A DNA stretch of 64,000 nucleotides from Octopus vulgaris (GCA_951406725.2 OX597843.1:6448001-6512000), one strand, 5' to 3'; shown: positions 1 through 12,855, counted from the first letter of the stretch. Made by a program: numbers and translations. Notes: generated from the sequence alone by a model not told the origin.

Positions 1-121
1 GATCTAACAGGGTTGAGAGGTCAATGCACATGTGTATGTAGGGGCAGAGGTTTGAAAAGACGACGGGGAAGAGACAGAGAGAGGGAGGGAGGCAGAGCAG
101 AGAGATGCAATCGGGTTATAT

Positions 122-151
122 TCACTCGACTTTCAATCCGGTTTCAACCAG
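122..151 (-). CDS. Candidate alternative terminal exon (LVETGLKVE*)
   Basis: CTAAC branch point (198-202), AG-free pyrimidine-rich tract, ggtgcag|CTG...GAG TGA, phase 0. Confidence 0.35.
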   Translation of the reverse strand: MVETGLKVE

Positions 152-429
152 CTGCACCGAGAGCAGATGAGATGGTCACAGAAAGAGAGGATTGTTGGTT
201 AGTTTTGGATGCAGTGAAATGACAACGTCGGAACACGTGAGATGAGAGGGTTAAGTTTCAAGACCACACTAAACCTTACACATCAGGTGATGGCGGGGCA
301 GGCAAAGATGCGAGATGCGAAAGGGGTTGAGGGAGATAAGATAATGAACATACCCTAGTGGGGGACTTTAATCTTCGTTTGGGACGGGGTAGAAAGTTTT
401 TTTGTTGTTTTTTTTCTCATTCCAGTTAC

Positions 430-790
430 ATCTGCCATACATTAACATGCATTAAATCTGTCATAAATTAACATACATTAAACTTCTTCATACATTAACA
501 TGTTAAACTCGCCATACAATTAACATATGTTAATTTGGTCATACATAAACACGTGTTAAACCTGACATACATTAACCACTCTGTCACATCAGCAGATGTT
601 AAATGTGTCATACATGAGTATGTTAGGTCTACCATACATTAGCATACATTAAACCAGGAATACATTAGCATACATTAAATCACACAAATTAACATTATAA
701 ATCTACTTTAATATATGCTAAATCTGCCATACATTAACATACATTAAGCCTGCTATACATTAACATAAATTAAACCTTGCACACATTAAC
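430..790. repeat. Degenerate ~24-bp tandem repeat
   Basis: Recurrent catacattaacat.cattaaa.ct. Confidence 0.75.
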
Positions 791-997
791 ACACACACAC
801 AAAACAGAGACCAGAGTTTACACATACACACACAAACCCCATTCCTTACACACGCATACATGTGCAAACCTCATAGAAACCTAACTCTCTCACACACACA
901 CACACACGCTCATGCACACACTCCATAGGCAATAGCTCACATACATACATTCCAATAAACACTCATACAAACACATGTACACACATACAGAGCAAAG

Positions 998-1028
<31 letters not shown>

Positions 1029-1091
1029 GCATTCCCTTACACAGACATGCATGCTCGCACACACACAAGCTCACAAATACATGCACACAAG

Positions 1092-1127
<36 letters not shown>

Positions 1128-2054
1128 TACAACCTCACACATGCACAGACACACAAGCAATCACATGATCTCTCTCACACACAAGCTCACAAATGCACAC
1201 ACACGCACACACTCACACAAGCCCTCTCTCACACACTCACACACATACAGAAACTCACACGTGCATGCATGCACATACACTAAAGATATACGAAAGCTTA
1301 TCATGCACAAACCCTCCTTCTCACACATACACACACACACACACACACTAAGCAGAGACCAGAGCTGACGCATGCACACACAAACCCCACTTCACATACA
1401 CACACACACACACACATGATACATACATAGATCTATAGCTAAATGTAAATCAAGTCTCACCATGCACACTTCTAACTACTGAGGAGGAGGCTACAAGAAA
1501 GGTAAAAAGCCTTAGAGAAGGGTTAAGGATGGAAGGAAGATGATGGAGGGGAGGGGACAGGGAGCTAAAGATGAGAAAAGCATCCTCATCCCTATTGTAT
1601 TTCAGTGTGTGTGTGTTTGAGTGAGTGTGTGTGTGTGTGTGTGAATTGTGACTCAGGGTTTCTCCTTGAATATAACACTCCTGCAAACAACAACAACAAA
1701 AATTGTTGCCTGAAGGACTGTGTCATGCAAATTACTCCGAGTAGAGACAAATACACTCTACAATATATATTGAGCACTCTGTTCTTGCTTGCTAAACCCC
1801 AAAAACATTTTCTACATAACCACATATATAATATATATATTATACTCTCACTTATCATCATTGTTTAACTTCTGCTTTCCATGCTAGCATGGGTTGGACG
1901 ATTTTGACTGAGGGCTGGCGAGCCAGATGGCTGCACCAGGCTCCAATCTGATCTGGCAGAGTTTCATCAGCTGGATGCCCTTCCTAATGCCAACCAATCC
2001 GAGAGTGTAGTGGGTGCTTTTTATATAATAATACATAATATATACTATATATAT

Positions 2055-2272
2055 CAGAGGAGTTGTAGAAAAGTCCCTGGCTATGGGTAAAAGAAAATAG
2101 AGGAGGATCAGTTAATTATGATTTTATTCAACATATTCCCCTCTCAGATTCACACGCTTATTGCAACGGTCCTTCAGTTTTTCTAGGCCCTGTAAAAGAA
2201 CTTGGAAGGTTGGACCCTCCAGCCAATCCTTTCGTGATACCCTTAAAGCCAGGAACTTTTCAACCCCACCCC
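2055..2272. mobile_element. Mariner-like MITE
   Basis: Imperfect TIRs gaaaagtccctggct / agccaggaacttttc within TA tracts. Confidence 0.5.
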
Positions 2273-2584
2273 ATATATATAATACATAGATTATGTACAA
2301 ATATAGAATCTATGTATATAGATCCATATAGTTTATACATATATACATAGGTTTGTGTATATATATATATATTAAATATTTATATATATTAAATAATATA
2401 TATATATTAAATATACATATATATTAAATAATTAACATAATAAATGAGTTGTAGGAAACAATCCTAATGTTTTAAGTTTCAAATCTAGTTAATGGAGTTT
2501 CTTCTATAAGAAAAATTATTATTTTATTTATTTTTTAAATAAATATTATTTAACTATTTGCTTATTCATTTCACTATTATCATT

Positions 2585-2684
2585 AACCTGAAGATTGACT
2601 GTAATTTTAAATCGAATTTATTTCAATTGAATTTAAACTTAGTTGTAATTCGAATTTAATTGTAGCCATGAAACGCACGTAGTT
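2585..2684 (+). ncRNA. Degenerate hammerhead-like motif in an AT-rich Penelope-like remnant
   Basis: AAC-CTGAAGA-ttgactgtaatt..aattgtagccat-GAAAC GCAC GTA-GTT. Confidence 0.45.
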
Positions 2685-2833
2685 TTATTTACTTATTATA
2701 TATTGATCATTCATTTTTATACTTTCTGAAATCTGGTTATGTTTTATAAAAAATATATATTATTTGTTATTTATGTTTTGGTTTATGTCTATCACTGTTT
2801 GAGTTGCATAATAGTGGTTTTATTCTCGAATTT

Positions 2834-2879
<46 letters not shown>

Positions 2880-2894
2880 GGTATATATATATAT

Positions 2895-2929
<35 letters not shown>

Positions 2930-3460
2930 AATATATAATATATATATATATATATATATAAAAATATATGTAGGTACATATATATATATATATATGTAAA
3001 CTACATATATATATATATATATATACACATGTGAGTTTGTGAGTGTATGTTTATATATACATATACATGAAGAGCATGTGTGTGTTTGTGTGTGTATATA
3101 TACATATGGGTACAAATGTATGCACAAATGTAAACGTACTTATGGTGTACGCAAGTCTGTATGAGTATGTATATGTGTGTGCATGTGCGTGTATATATAT
3201 ATGAATGCATGTATGTATATATTTATGCCTGTGTGGTGTATGTGTGTACGGGTGTACGCAGATACATGTGCAGGAACGTGCGCAATGAAAGAAAAACAGT
3301 CAACATCAAAAGCCACATACGATGCACCACAGAGACTGCACGACGGAATGCATGATCGAGCGCAAAAAGGTTTCTCGTTTGTGTTTGTATATATATATTG
3401 TTATTCAGAGGTGGTGGTCACGGAAGGAAAAAAAAGACGGACAGCATACACGCGCGTATA

Positions 3461-3496
3461 TCACACACAGACATCCGAAATGGCGACCAGGCGCTA
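3461..3496 (-). CDS. Candidate alternative terminal exon (CAGTAG tandem acceptor; immediate stop or RLVAISDVCV*)
   Basis: gtcttcctcacgttttaccag|TAG|CGC CTG...GTG TGA in unique sequence 1.2 kb after phase-0 exon L. Confidence 0.35.
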
Positions 3497-3534
3497 CTGG
3501 TAAAACGTGAGGAAGACAGACAGGTGCAAAGGTG

Positions 3535-4500
3535 GCAGTGGTGGTGGTGGTGGTGTGCGTAGGAGGGAGGGAGGAGGTCAGTGGTGGTGGTGGTGGTGGT
3601 GGCGATGATGATGATGATGATGGTGGTAGTGCTGGTGATGTTGGTGGTGACAATAGTAGTGGTGGTAGTTGTAGACATAGTAGTGGTAGATGTAATGGCA
3701 GTGGTTGTAGTTGTGGTAGTGGTTGCTGTAGTGAGTGGTTGTTATGGCAGTGGATGGTGGTTGTAGTGATGGTTGCAGTAGTGGTGGTGGTTGTAGTGTT
3801 GGTGGATGTGATGGTGATGATGATGATGATGGTGGTAGTGCTGATGATGTTGGTGGTGGCAATAGTAGTGGTGGTAGCTGTAGACATAGTGGTAGTAGAT
3901 GTAATGGCAGTGGTTGTAATTGTGGTGGTGGTAGTGGTTGCGGTAGTGGGTGGTTGTTGTGGTAGTGGGTGGTGGTTGTAGTGTTGGTGGTAGTGCTGTG
4001 ATGATGGTGGTGGCAATAGTCATGGTGGTAGATGTAATGGCAGTGGTTGTAGTTGTGGTGGTGGTAGTGGGTGGTGGTTGTAGTGATGGTGGTGGTTGTA
4101 GTGTTGGTGGATGTGATGGTGATGTTTGTGCTGATGATGGTGATGGTGGTGGAGGAGGTGGAGGGGATGATGATGATGATGGCGGTGAAGACGGTGGCAA
4201 TAGAACAAGTAGGTGATGGAGATGGTGATGATGGGGGCAGTGGAGTCTGGGGTGGGGTGGGGCTGGAGGTGAGGGCAACAGTAACCATGGTGATAAGAGT
4301 GGCAGAGGGGGACGGTCAGGGAGGTTGATGGGGGACACAGGGACACAGTGACGGTGGTGCAAGAGGAGGAGGTGGTGGTGACGATGGTGGGGGGTGAGTG
4401 TAGTAAATGAAATGCTGGTGACGGTGGAGGAGGTGGTGGTGGTGCTGGTGGCGATGGAGAAAAAGAGGCACGTGGGTGGTGGTGGAAGTGACGGGTGGTG
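3535..4500. repeat. (GGT/GAT/AGT)n low-complexity tract with ~200-bp internal duplication
   Basis: Trinucleotide tract; source of the long spurious Thr/His/Pro/Val ORFs. Confidence 0.9.
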
Positions 4501-4691
4501 GAATGGAAGTGTTAAATGACACCAAATTCTCAACTACTTTCACAGACATTAACAAGAACAACAACAAGATGTCAGGAAAAGTAAAAAAAAAAAAAAAAAA
4601 AAAAGAAAAAGTAAAGAAAAGAGATGAAGAAATGGTAACAAGAAATGGTGGCGCCGGTCACAGAGCGGAACTGGACCCGGGGCTCACTTAC

Positions 4692-4759
4692 CAGCTTATC
4701 TTTGTCGTCGGACAGCTGCTCGGCTCTCTCCCTGCTGCTCTCCAACTGTCTGGCTATAT
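4692..4759 (-). CDS. CLIP1: CLIP1-like exon L (DIARQLESSRERAEQLSDDKDKL)
   Basis: cctgttttag|AT...CTG|GTAAGT, 68 nt, phase 1 to 0. Confidence 0.88.
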
Positions 4760-4914
4760 CTAAAACAGGAAAACACCAGAGGTCAGTGAGGTAGATGGTC
4801 GTGGTGGTCATGGTGATGTGGGGGTCCATGGGGCCCCTCTTGGAACCCCACCGACAAATCAGTAACGACTCGCTTGTTTGACCATCACAAGGTCTTCGGT
4901 CCTTGCTGTGGTTT

Positions 4915-5496
4915 GGTAGGAGTAGTTTTGTGTGCCTCAATGACCCCCTAAGAGCTATGCCACTGGTGTACAAGCTTTTGGTAGGGTGTTCCATTCTGGA
5001 CAGGCCTAAGAACAGAGGTCAGGCTAATACAGACCATATCTCCCCAGGGACAAAAAATGGGTAGGTTCAGTCCCTATTGCAGAAGGGTAGCTTGTGTGTC
5101 TTGATGACCCCTTGAAAGCTATGCCACTGCTGCACAAGATTTTGGTAGGGTGTTCCATTCTGGACAGGCCTAAGAACAGAGGTCAGGCTAATACAGACCA
5201 TGTCTCCCCAGGGACAAAAAAATGGGTTGGTCCAGTCCCTGTTGCAGAAGGGTAGCTTGTGTGTCTTGATGACCCCATGAAAGCTATGCCACTGCTGCAC
5301 AAGATATTGGTAGGGTGGTCCATTCTGGACAGGCCTAAGAACAGAGGTCAGGCTAATACAGACCATGTCTCCCCAGGGACAAAAAATGGGTTGGTCCAGT
5401 CCCGGTTGCAGAAGGGTAGCTTGTGTGTCTTGATGACCCCTTGAAAGCTATGCCACTGCTGCACAAGATTTTGGTAGGGTGTTCCATTCTGGACAC
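4915..5496. repeat. ~165-bp tandem repeat (~3.5 copies) filling much of the K-L intron
   Basis: ggtagcttgtgtgtc recurs at 5086, 5251 and 5415. Confidence 0.9.
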
Positions 5497-5678
5497 ATCA
5501 AAAGAAAAGGGTCACACCAAAATGAACGACCTCCCTCAAGAGTTAAAAATGGAATGGTCCAATCCTTGTTGCAATGTGATGGAGCGCATGCCTCGATGAC
5601 CCCAAAGAGTTATACCAGGACATATTGAATAATGGTATATAATGGTATGAATAAATGCAAGAATGAAGGACTTCTTAC

Positions 5679-5762
5679 CAGACACAGAACCACGGAGAAT
5701 CTTCATCTCAGAGTTTATAGATTCACTTGCGGTTGTGCTTTTATCCAGTTTACTTGTCAACT
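5679..5762 (-). CDS. CLIP1: CLIP1-like exon K (ELTSKLDKSTTASESINSEMKILRGSVS)
   Basis: tttatttcag|AG...TCT G|GTAAGA, 84 nt, phase 1-1. Confidence 0.88.
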
Positions 5763-5789
5763 CTGAAATAAACAAACAAACACGTGTGA

Positions 5790-5823
<34 letters not shown>

Positions 5824-5824
<1 letters not shown>

Positions 5825-6043
5825 GGCGGCGAGCTGGTAGAAACGTTAGCACGCCGGGTGAAATTCGTCTGTCGTTACGTTCCGAGTTCAAATTCCGCCG
5901 AGGTCGACTTTGCCTTTCATCCTATCGGGGTCGATAAATTAAGTACTAGTTACGCACTGGGGTCGATGTAGTCGACTTAATCCCTTTGTCTGTCCTTGTT
6001 TGTCCCCTCTATGTTTAGCCCCTTGTGGGTAGTAAAGAAATAA
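5824..6043 (+). mobile_element. tRNA-derived SINE family B
   Basis: GGCGGCGAGCTGG head, GAGTTCAAATTCC B-box, central gcctttcatcct.tcggggtcgataaattaagtac domain. Many other copies, e.g. ~6810-7015, 9190-9400, 42632-43120, 52898-53105. Confidence 0.8.
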
Positions 6044-6186
6044 ATATATATCATCATCATCATCGTTTAACATTCGCTTTCCATGCTAGCATGGGTTGGA
6101 CGGTTCAACTGGGGTCTGGCAAGCCCAAAGGCTGCACCAGTCCAGTCAGATGTGGCAGTGTTTCTACAGCTGGATGCCCTTCCAGG

Positions 6187-6233
<47 letters not shown>

Positions 6234-6300
6234 GCAGGATAATGCTAATAGTATAGCCTGAACAGGATAAGCTACTCCTATTTCGTAGAAAAAAGTGTTG

Positions 6301-6776
6301 GCCTTTTGATACCAAACTGGTTGAAACCACTTCTGGCTCTTTAGTACAAATGTCTTGTTTTCATAAGTTTTGAATTAAAATCTTCCACCAAACCTTAGTC
6401 ACAATTTATGTTCCTAACACAAGCTGAATGATAACTAAGTTATTTTACTAAATTCTTTGTTATATTTAAAATTAATTGAAAGAAACACAGAGCATCTCAA
6501 CAGAGGAAATATGGTAACAAAAGGGTTAAGATATATAATAGAGAAACAATTCTTAACCCTTTTGATACCAACCTGGTTGAAACCGTTTCTGGCTCTGTAG
6601 TAAAAATGTCTTGTTTCATAAGTTTTGAATTAAAATCTTCCACCAAACCTTAGTCACAATTTATGTTCCTAACACTAGCTGAATGGTAACTAAGTTATTT
6701 TACTAAATTCTTTGTTATATTTAAAGTAATTGAAAGAAACACAGAGCATCTCAAAATAAATACAGTAACGAAAGGG
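6301..6776. mobile_element. Two adjacent copies of a ~220-bp piggyBac-type MITE (6301-6525, 6557-6776)
   Basis: TTAA|CCCTTT...AAAGGG|TTAA ends on the second copy; the first copy has a decayed left end. Confidence 0.75.
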
Positions 6777-7397
6777 TTAAATAAAATGAGTGCTAAATAT
6801 TGTTTTCAAATTTCAGCACAAAGCCAGTGAGTTTGGGGCATGGGGAAAGTCAATTATATTGACCCCAGTATGCAACCGGTACTTACTTTATTGATTCTGA
6901 AATGTTGACAGGCAAAGTTGATCTCAGCAGGATTTGAACTCCGAACATAAAGACAGATAAAATATTTCTAAGCATCTTGCTTGGCGTGCTAACGATTCTG
7001 CCAACGTGCCGCCTTATGAGTGCTAATTATTACAGACTAATTAGGAAATATTGTAAAAATGCAAAAGAAGACTACATATCCATGTAATTAAACAGCATGC
7101 AGTGTAACCGCACGAAACACATGGCGTCACCCGTTAAGCTACAATAACGGACCTTGGGGAGATTAAAGTGTTAAGGACCAGCTGATCTTGCCACAGTGGG
7201 AGAGACACTAAGGCTGAGGCTTAACACAAATGGCCCCTTTTGTCTACCAAATCTCACTCACAAGGATAGGATCGACCAGAAGATGTAGAAGACACCGGCC
7301 CAAGATGCTGCCTTATAGTAGGTTTGAAACTAAGACCATGGAGTTTGTAGCACACAGTCATATGTATAGTTGCTATTGGTATGGAATTGGTACGTAC

Positions 7398-7455
7398 CAT
7401 TGATTGTTTCTTGCATTTTTTGTTTCTTTGCTTCACTCTCCTTTAATTCTTCAAG
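7398..7455 (-). CDS. CLIP1: CLIP1-like exon J (LEELKESEAKKQKMQETIN)
   Basis: ccatttccgcag|CTT...AAT G|GTACGT, 58 nt. Supplies the phase 0 to 1 shift needed by the next exon. Confidence 0.88.
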
Positions 7456-7779
7456 CTGCGGAAATGGAAGAGAAGGGAACCGTCGTGAATAACAGAAATA
7501 AAGCACAATTGTGAAGGAGTCATAAATAGAAGCTGTAAACGACGGTCATAAACTGTGGACGTAAACAGTAATCATATCGGATGGCCATGGACAGCAGTCA
7601 TAAATGGAAGTCGTAAATATGGTCATAAACAGCAGGCAGAAACAACAGTCATATACAGAAGTCATACATACCAGTCACAATGATGTAAACTGCAAACTTG
7701 ACGCAGAACAACACTGACAATGACAATCATAGTGGCTGTCACTTCGGCATTTAGAACAACGCTATCATTAACACACACA

Positions 7780-8100
7780 GAACAATGGAGAAGATGACAG
7801 ACATGATGGACAAGATGACGGGCATGACGAACAAGATAACGAGCACAACAATGGACAAGATGACAGGCATGACAGACAAGATGACAAACATGACGGACAA
7901 GACGACAGACATGAGGGACAAAACGACAGACAAGACGACAAACACGACGGACAAGATGACAGACATAACAGACAAAATGACAGGTATGACGAACAAGATG
8001 ACAGGCATGACAATGGATGACGGACACGATGGACAAACACGACAGACAAAATGATAGGCATGATGAACAAGATGATGTATGACGGACATGATGACGGGCA
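7780..8100. repeat. (atgacagacaag..)n minisatellite
   Basis: Degenerate 9+12-bp unit upstream of exon J. Confidence 0.85.
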
Positions 8101-10333
8101 CAACAATGGGCATGTCAACATCCACAGTGAGAGACACAACGACAGGCAGAAACGGCAGTCATAAGTCACAACAACAGTCATAAATGAGACATAAGTGACT
8201 GTCATAACTGGTTTAGGACCAAAGTACCAATGAGTGTGGGGATGGTGGTGGTAGTGGTTGTTGTAATCTCAACAAACAACAACAACAAAACCCTTGATAC
8301 TCCGATCATATACATCGTCATTACCACCACCACCGCTGCCACCACCACCACCACCACCACTGCTACTACCACCACCACCGCTGCTGCCACCACCACTACC
8401 ACCACTACTACTACTGCTGCTACTACTACGACCACCACCACTACTGCTACTACTACTACCACCACCACCACCGCCACCACCACCACCACCACCACTTCTA
8501 CTACTATCAAGTCTACTAGAAAGAAGAGACCTGTGTTTGGATTCTCAGCATGCTAAAAACAGCAGTCGTGTTACTCAAATCACCCATTACCATTGAATAA
8601 AGTTTTTTTTTTATGGCAAACATTTTCTCTATATTGCGTCTGATTAGCAGATGGGATGGTTATGGTAGGAATAATTTTTTTGCAACATGTGTCTGTTGAA
8701 ACAGGAACTGACCTTCAGCTGGACCATCCTTAGGATTTGAAAGAGATTTAACTGTTGTTTCTAGCAGGCAACGGGGGCCATGTACAGGGCCTGCCTCTTG
8801 TTTGTCACACTTGTGTGAAACAATTGTGACGGTTACGCCCTCTGTTGACATTACGACCAACAGCTCTGTGCTTTCAAAGACCACATGCAAAGATTGATGA
8901 CAGGAAAAGCATCCAGGCAGGATGCTGGGATATCAATCATGTGATAACATCCTTGTGGAAAACAACATTGATGACATCAGTGTTATATTTGTGGAAAAAC
9001 ATTGTGATATCCATGTAATAACAGGCTTGTGGAATAACAGTGATATCCATGGAATGACACACATGTGAAACCAAGAGTGTGATATCAATATAATATCATT
9101 CTAATGGAAAAGTAGTGTTGATATCCATGTAATAACATTTGAGAAATAACTGTGTGATATCTAGTGAAACCACAGAGTGTGGTATTATTCTTTTCTACAC
9201 TAGGCACAAGGCCTGAAATTTTGGGGGAGGAGGCTAGTCGATTACATTGACCCAAGTACGCAACTGGTACTTAATTTATCGACCACGAAAGGATGAAAGG
9301 CAAAGTCAACCTTGTGAAATTTGAACTCAGAATGTAAAGACAGACGAAATACCTCTAAGCATTTCGGCCAGGGTGCTAGCATTTCTGCCAGCTTGTCACT
9401 TTACAGAGTGTGATACTATTAAAAATACAGAGCGTGATATCAGTGTTAAGTAACTCCGTATCGATGCAAATCAATGAGACATAACTGTCACACATGGGAT
9501 AATTAAAACAAACACATGGACGTGGGATAACATTTTATAAGCATTTGACAAATAAAAACATTTATAACAGTAATAAATACAGGAGTGTTAGTATTTTGCT
9601 TTTAGTCGCATTGTTAAAGGAAAAAGGTATCAGGGGATGCTATGGGGCCGAATGAGCAACAAAATAAGCAAGTGCGACCAAACACAAAGCAGTTAGTTGT
9701 TTTTAAGAGGTTAAAATTATGGACCATTTTAGTAAAACAAAAAAAAAAATAAAATGTGAGCTCAATTTTTATTAAGTAAAACAAACCCTGCAACAGGACA
9801 TGCATAAAATAAAAAGCTTTATTGTTTACGGTATGAAAATTCAGAAACTTTGAGTGAACGTGAAATAATTGGTATTTTTTTTTAAAGGTTGAACTTGATG
9901 TAGATAAAACTATAAACAACAGTGTATAGATATTGGTTTCAAATTTTGGCACAAGGCCAGCAATTTGGGGGAGGGGGGAGCAGTCAATTACATTGGTCTT
10001 AGTATTTAACTGGTACTTATTTTATGGATCTCAGAAGGATGGAAGGCAAAATTGACTTTGGTGGAATTTGAAATCAGAACATGAAGGCAAAATGTTGTTA
10101 AGCACTTTGTCCAGTGTGCTAAAAGTTCTACTGGTTCACTGCCTTCATAATTATTCCTTTATTAGCCAAAAGGGCTTCACTGCCTTAAAAATTATTTCTA
10201 CTATAGGCACAAGGCCTGAAATTTAGGGAAAGGGTCAAGCCAATTACATCAACCCCAGTGTTTCACTAGTACTTAATTTATTGACTCCAAAAGGATGAAA
10301 GGCAAAGTCGACCTCAGAATGTAGACATAATTA

Positions 10334-10710
10334 GGCGTAGGAGTGGCTGTGTGGTAAGTAGCTTGCTTACCAGCCACATGGTTCCGGGTTCAGGTCCGCT
10401 GTGTGGCACCTTGGGCAAGTGTCTTCTACTACAGCCTTGGGCCGACCAATGCCTTGTGAGTGGATTTGGTAGATGGAAACTGAAAGAAGCCCGTCGTATA
10501 TATGTGTGTCTGTGTTTGTCCCCCTAGCATTGCTTGACAACCGATGCTGGTGTGTTTACGTCCCCATAACTTAGCAGTTCAACAAAGAGACTGATAGAAT
10601 AAGTACTAGGCTTTACAAAGAATAAGTCCTGGGGTCGATTTGCTCGACTAAAGGCGGTGCTCCTGTATGGCCACAGTCATATGACTGAAACAAGTAAAAG
10701 AGTAAAGAGA
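10334..10710 (+). mobile_element. tRNA-derived SINE family A, full-length
   Basis: A-box TGGCTGTGTGGTAAG, B-box-like GGTTCAGGTCC, body ccttgggcaagtgtcttct, (GTAAAAGA) tail. Other plus copies ~45772-46150, 46544-46935, 60620-60915. Confidence 0.85.
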
Positions 10711-10962
10711 TCTTAGAAAGTGCAAAATAACCAGTCACCAAGGTAACAGGTACACCACATTGCATAAAAAGTGACCCTACCCCCCCATGTAACATTTGCA
10801 ACCTTATAATACATCTGCACATGTGTGTGTGTGTGTGTGTGGTTCAATCCTCTATATTACTCCCCATATTCCCAGCATCCCCAATGTCCCTCAAGGGCAT
10901 GTCCCAACACATCTTCACCCTCGTCTCACTCACTATTGCTCTTCTTCTCTTACTCTCTAATT

Positions 10963-11280
10963 AGGCGCAATGGCCCAGTGGTTAGGGCAGCGGACTAGCG
11001 GTCTTAGGATCGCGGTTTTGATTCCCAGACCGGGTGTCGTGAGTGTTTATTGAGCAAAAACACCTAAAGCTCCACGAGGCTCCGGCAGGGGATGGTGGCG
11101 ACCCCTGCTGTACGCTTTCACCACAACTTCTTCTCACTCTTTCTTCCTATTTCTATTGTACCTGAATCTCCCTGAGAACTACATTAAGGGTATGTGTGTC
11201 TGTGGAGTGTTCAGCCACTTGCACGTTATTTTCATGAGCAGGCTGTTCCTTTGTCGTCAAAACTGACGGAGTGGCAGTCA
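10963..11280 (+). mobile_element. tRNA-headed SINE (further family)
   Basis: GGCGCAATGGCCCAGTGGTTAGGGCAGCGGAC..GGTTTTGATTCCC head with a non-tRNA body. Related heads near 23365, 34245 and 39170-39430 (-). Confidence 0.6.
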
Positions 11281-12185
11281 CTCTCTAATTCACTTTCCTT
11301 TCCTTTCTAACTGGGGTACCCGTGTACTGTAAGACACCTGTCTCTGCTACCCACCACATCTTTAATCTCTCAACTGGCACAAAGCCACCCCACCTCAATA
11401 CCCAGATGAGGCTTTTGACTTTTTTGGGGGGGGGTCTTACTAGGTACTTAGTGACCCTGTCAGTGCTGGTGCCACACAAAAAGCACCCAATATACTTTGT
11501 AAAGTGGTTGGTATTAAGGGCATCCAGCCGTAAAGACCATGCCAGAACAAACCTTGCCAGTGCTGGGGCTGTTTGAAAAGCTCCCAGCCCACCCTGTAAA
11601 GTGGTTGGCATTAAAAAGGGCATCCAACATTAGTAATCATGCCAAAACAATGGAATTTGGTGTAACTCCCAGCCTTACCAGCTCCTGTCACATTGTCCAA
11701 CCCATGCCAGCATGGAAAATGGACATTAAATGATGATGATGGCTGAGACTGATATAGTCAGATAAATCAACTGAAGATGAGGTTTATTTTTTTAAAAAAA
11801 AAAGAAAGAAAAAGAGTAATGATATTTTGAATGCATTTAATACGCACGTTTCAGATCATTGTGCAATAGATAAAAAAGGAACTTCATCTGTTACGCCAGA
11901 TCTGCATCAGTTAAGACATTTCAAGATATTTTGGTTTGTCCTAAACTGAGGAAGATGCTACATAAAAGATGACATTTCTCTTTTTATCTGTTGTGCAACA
12001 ATCTGAAACCTACGTGGAAAACACCATTACTTGGTTTCACTTCATTATTGTACTTTATATGATTCTATGCTGGTACAAGCCTAACTCCAGTCATACAGAT
12101 ACAATAACAACGATTTGGAGTGGGTCAGTCCATTCAAGTCAAAAATTCTGCTAACATAATATATAAGTATAACACAACATATATG

Positions 12186-12446
12186 TAAATTAGAAAAAAA
12201 CCCACCTTTTATCAATTCAATAATGAAAAATTAAATTACATATAATAGAAAGATTAAATATACGATAAAACATATAACAATGATTAAGTAATATGCAAAA
12301 TAATAAATAAAATGTATATTTTGCACATTACTTAATCATCGTTAAATTTTTATCGTATATTTAATTTTTCTATTATACGTAATTTTCTAGATGGTGTAAT
12401 TAAGTTTTTCATTATTGAATTAATAAAAGGCATTTTTTTCTAATTT
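12186..12446. mobile_element. AT-rich palindromic (foldback) element; relative at ~45176-45424
   Basis: Arms are reverse complements (caattcaataatgaaaa / ttttcattattgaatt etc.), TA flanks. Confidence 0.7.
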
Positions 12447-12576
12447 ATATATATTATATTTTGTGAAATTTGATTTAGTATTTCTAAATTGAATTTTTCC
12501 TGTAAGTTTGGAATAATATTCCCTCATATTATTATTATTATTATTACTATTATTATATAAGCTTAATATACACACA

Positions 12577-12612
<36 letters not shown>

Positions 12613-12619
12613 TATATAA

Positions 12620-12855
12620 CAATTGCAGTGTGGAAGGTGTTTGTAAGCCATTTAAGAAACACACAAAAGCCGTTCGATTCGCTTCGACATTTAAGTTTAA
12701 TTTGTCAGAGATGCAGCACGGATTTTTGTCAGTGAACAGGTCGCGGTCTTAAAGCGATGAAAATATTTTGACAAATTAAACTTAAATGTTGAAGTGAATC
12801 GAACGGCTTTTGTGTGTTTCTTAAATGGCTTACAAACACCTCCACGCTGCAATTG
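12620..12855. repeat. Foldback with ~85-bp near-perfect arms
   Basis: ttgcagtgtggaaggtgtttgtaagcc...aatttgtca versus tgacaaatt...cttccacgctgcaa. Confidence 0.85.

Noticed and set aside
937-3355. HT/CV/YI-repeat ORFs (also near 24400, 55400 and 61100)
   Set aside because: Translations of (CA)n and (TA)n microsatellites.
3405-4567. Long Thr/His/Pro/Val/Gly-rich ORFs up to 263 aa
   Set aside because: Open in several frames on both strands because of trinucleotide repeats; no domain or splice support.
8713-8760. Possible 48-nt in-frame exon (KQQLNLFQILRMVQLK) with AG|GTCAGT donor
   Set aside because: Overlaps a decayed dispersed repeat also seen near 14120, 38640 and 57990; modest acceptor; no other support.
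10963-11035. Possible tRNA gene
   Set aside because: tRNA-like head continues into a SINE body; no proper acceptor stem.
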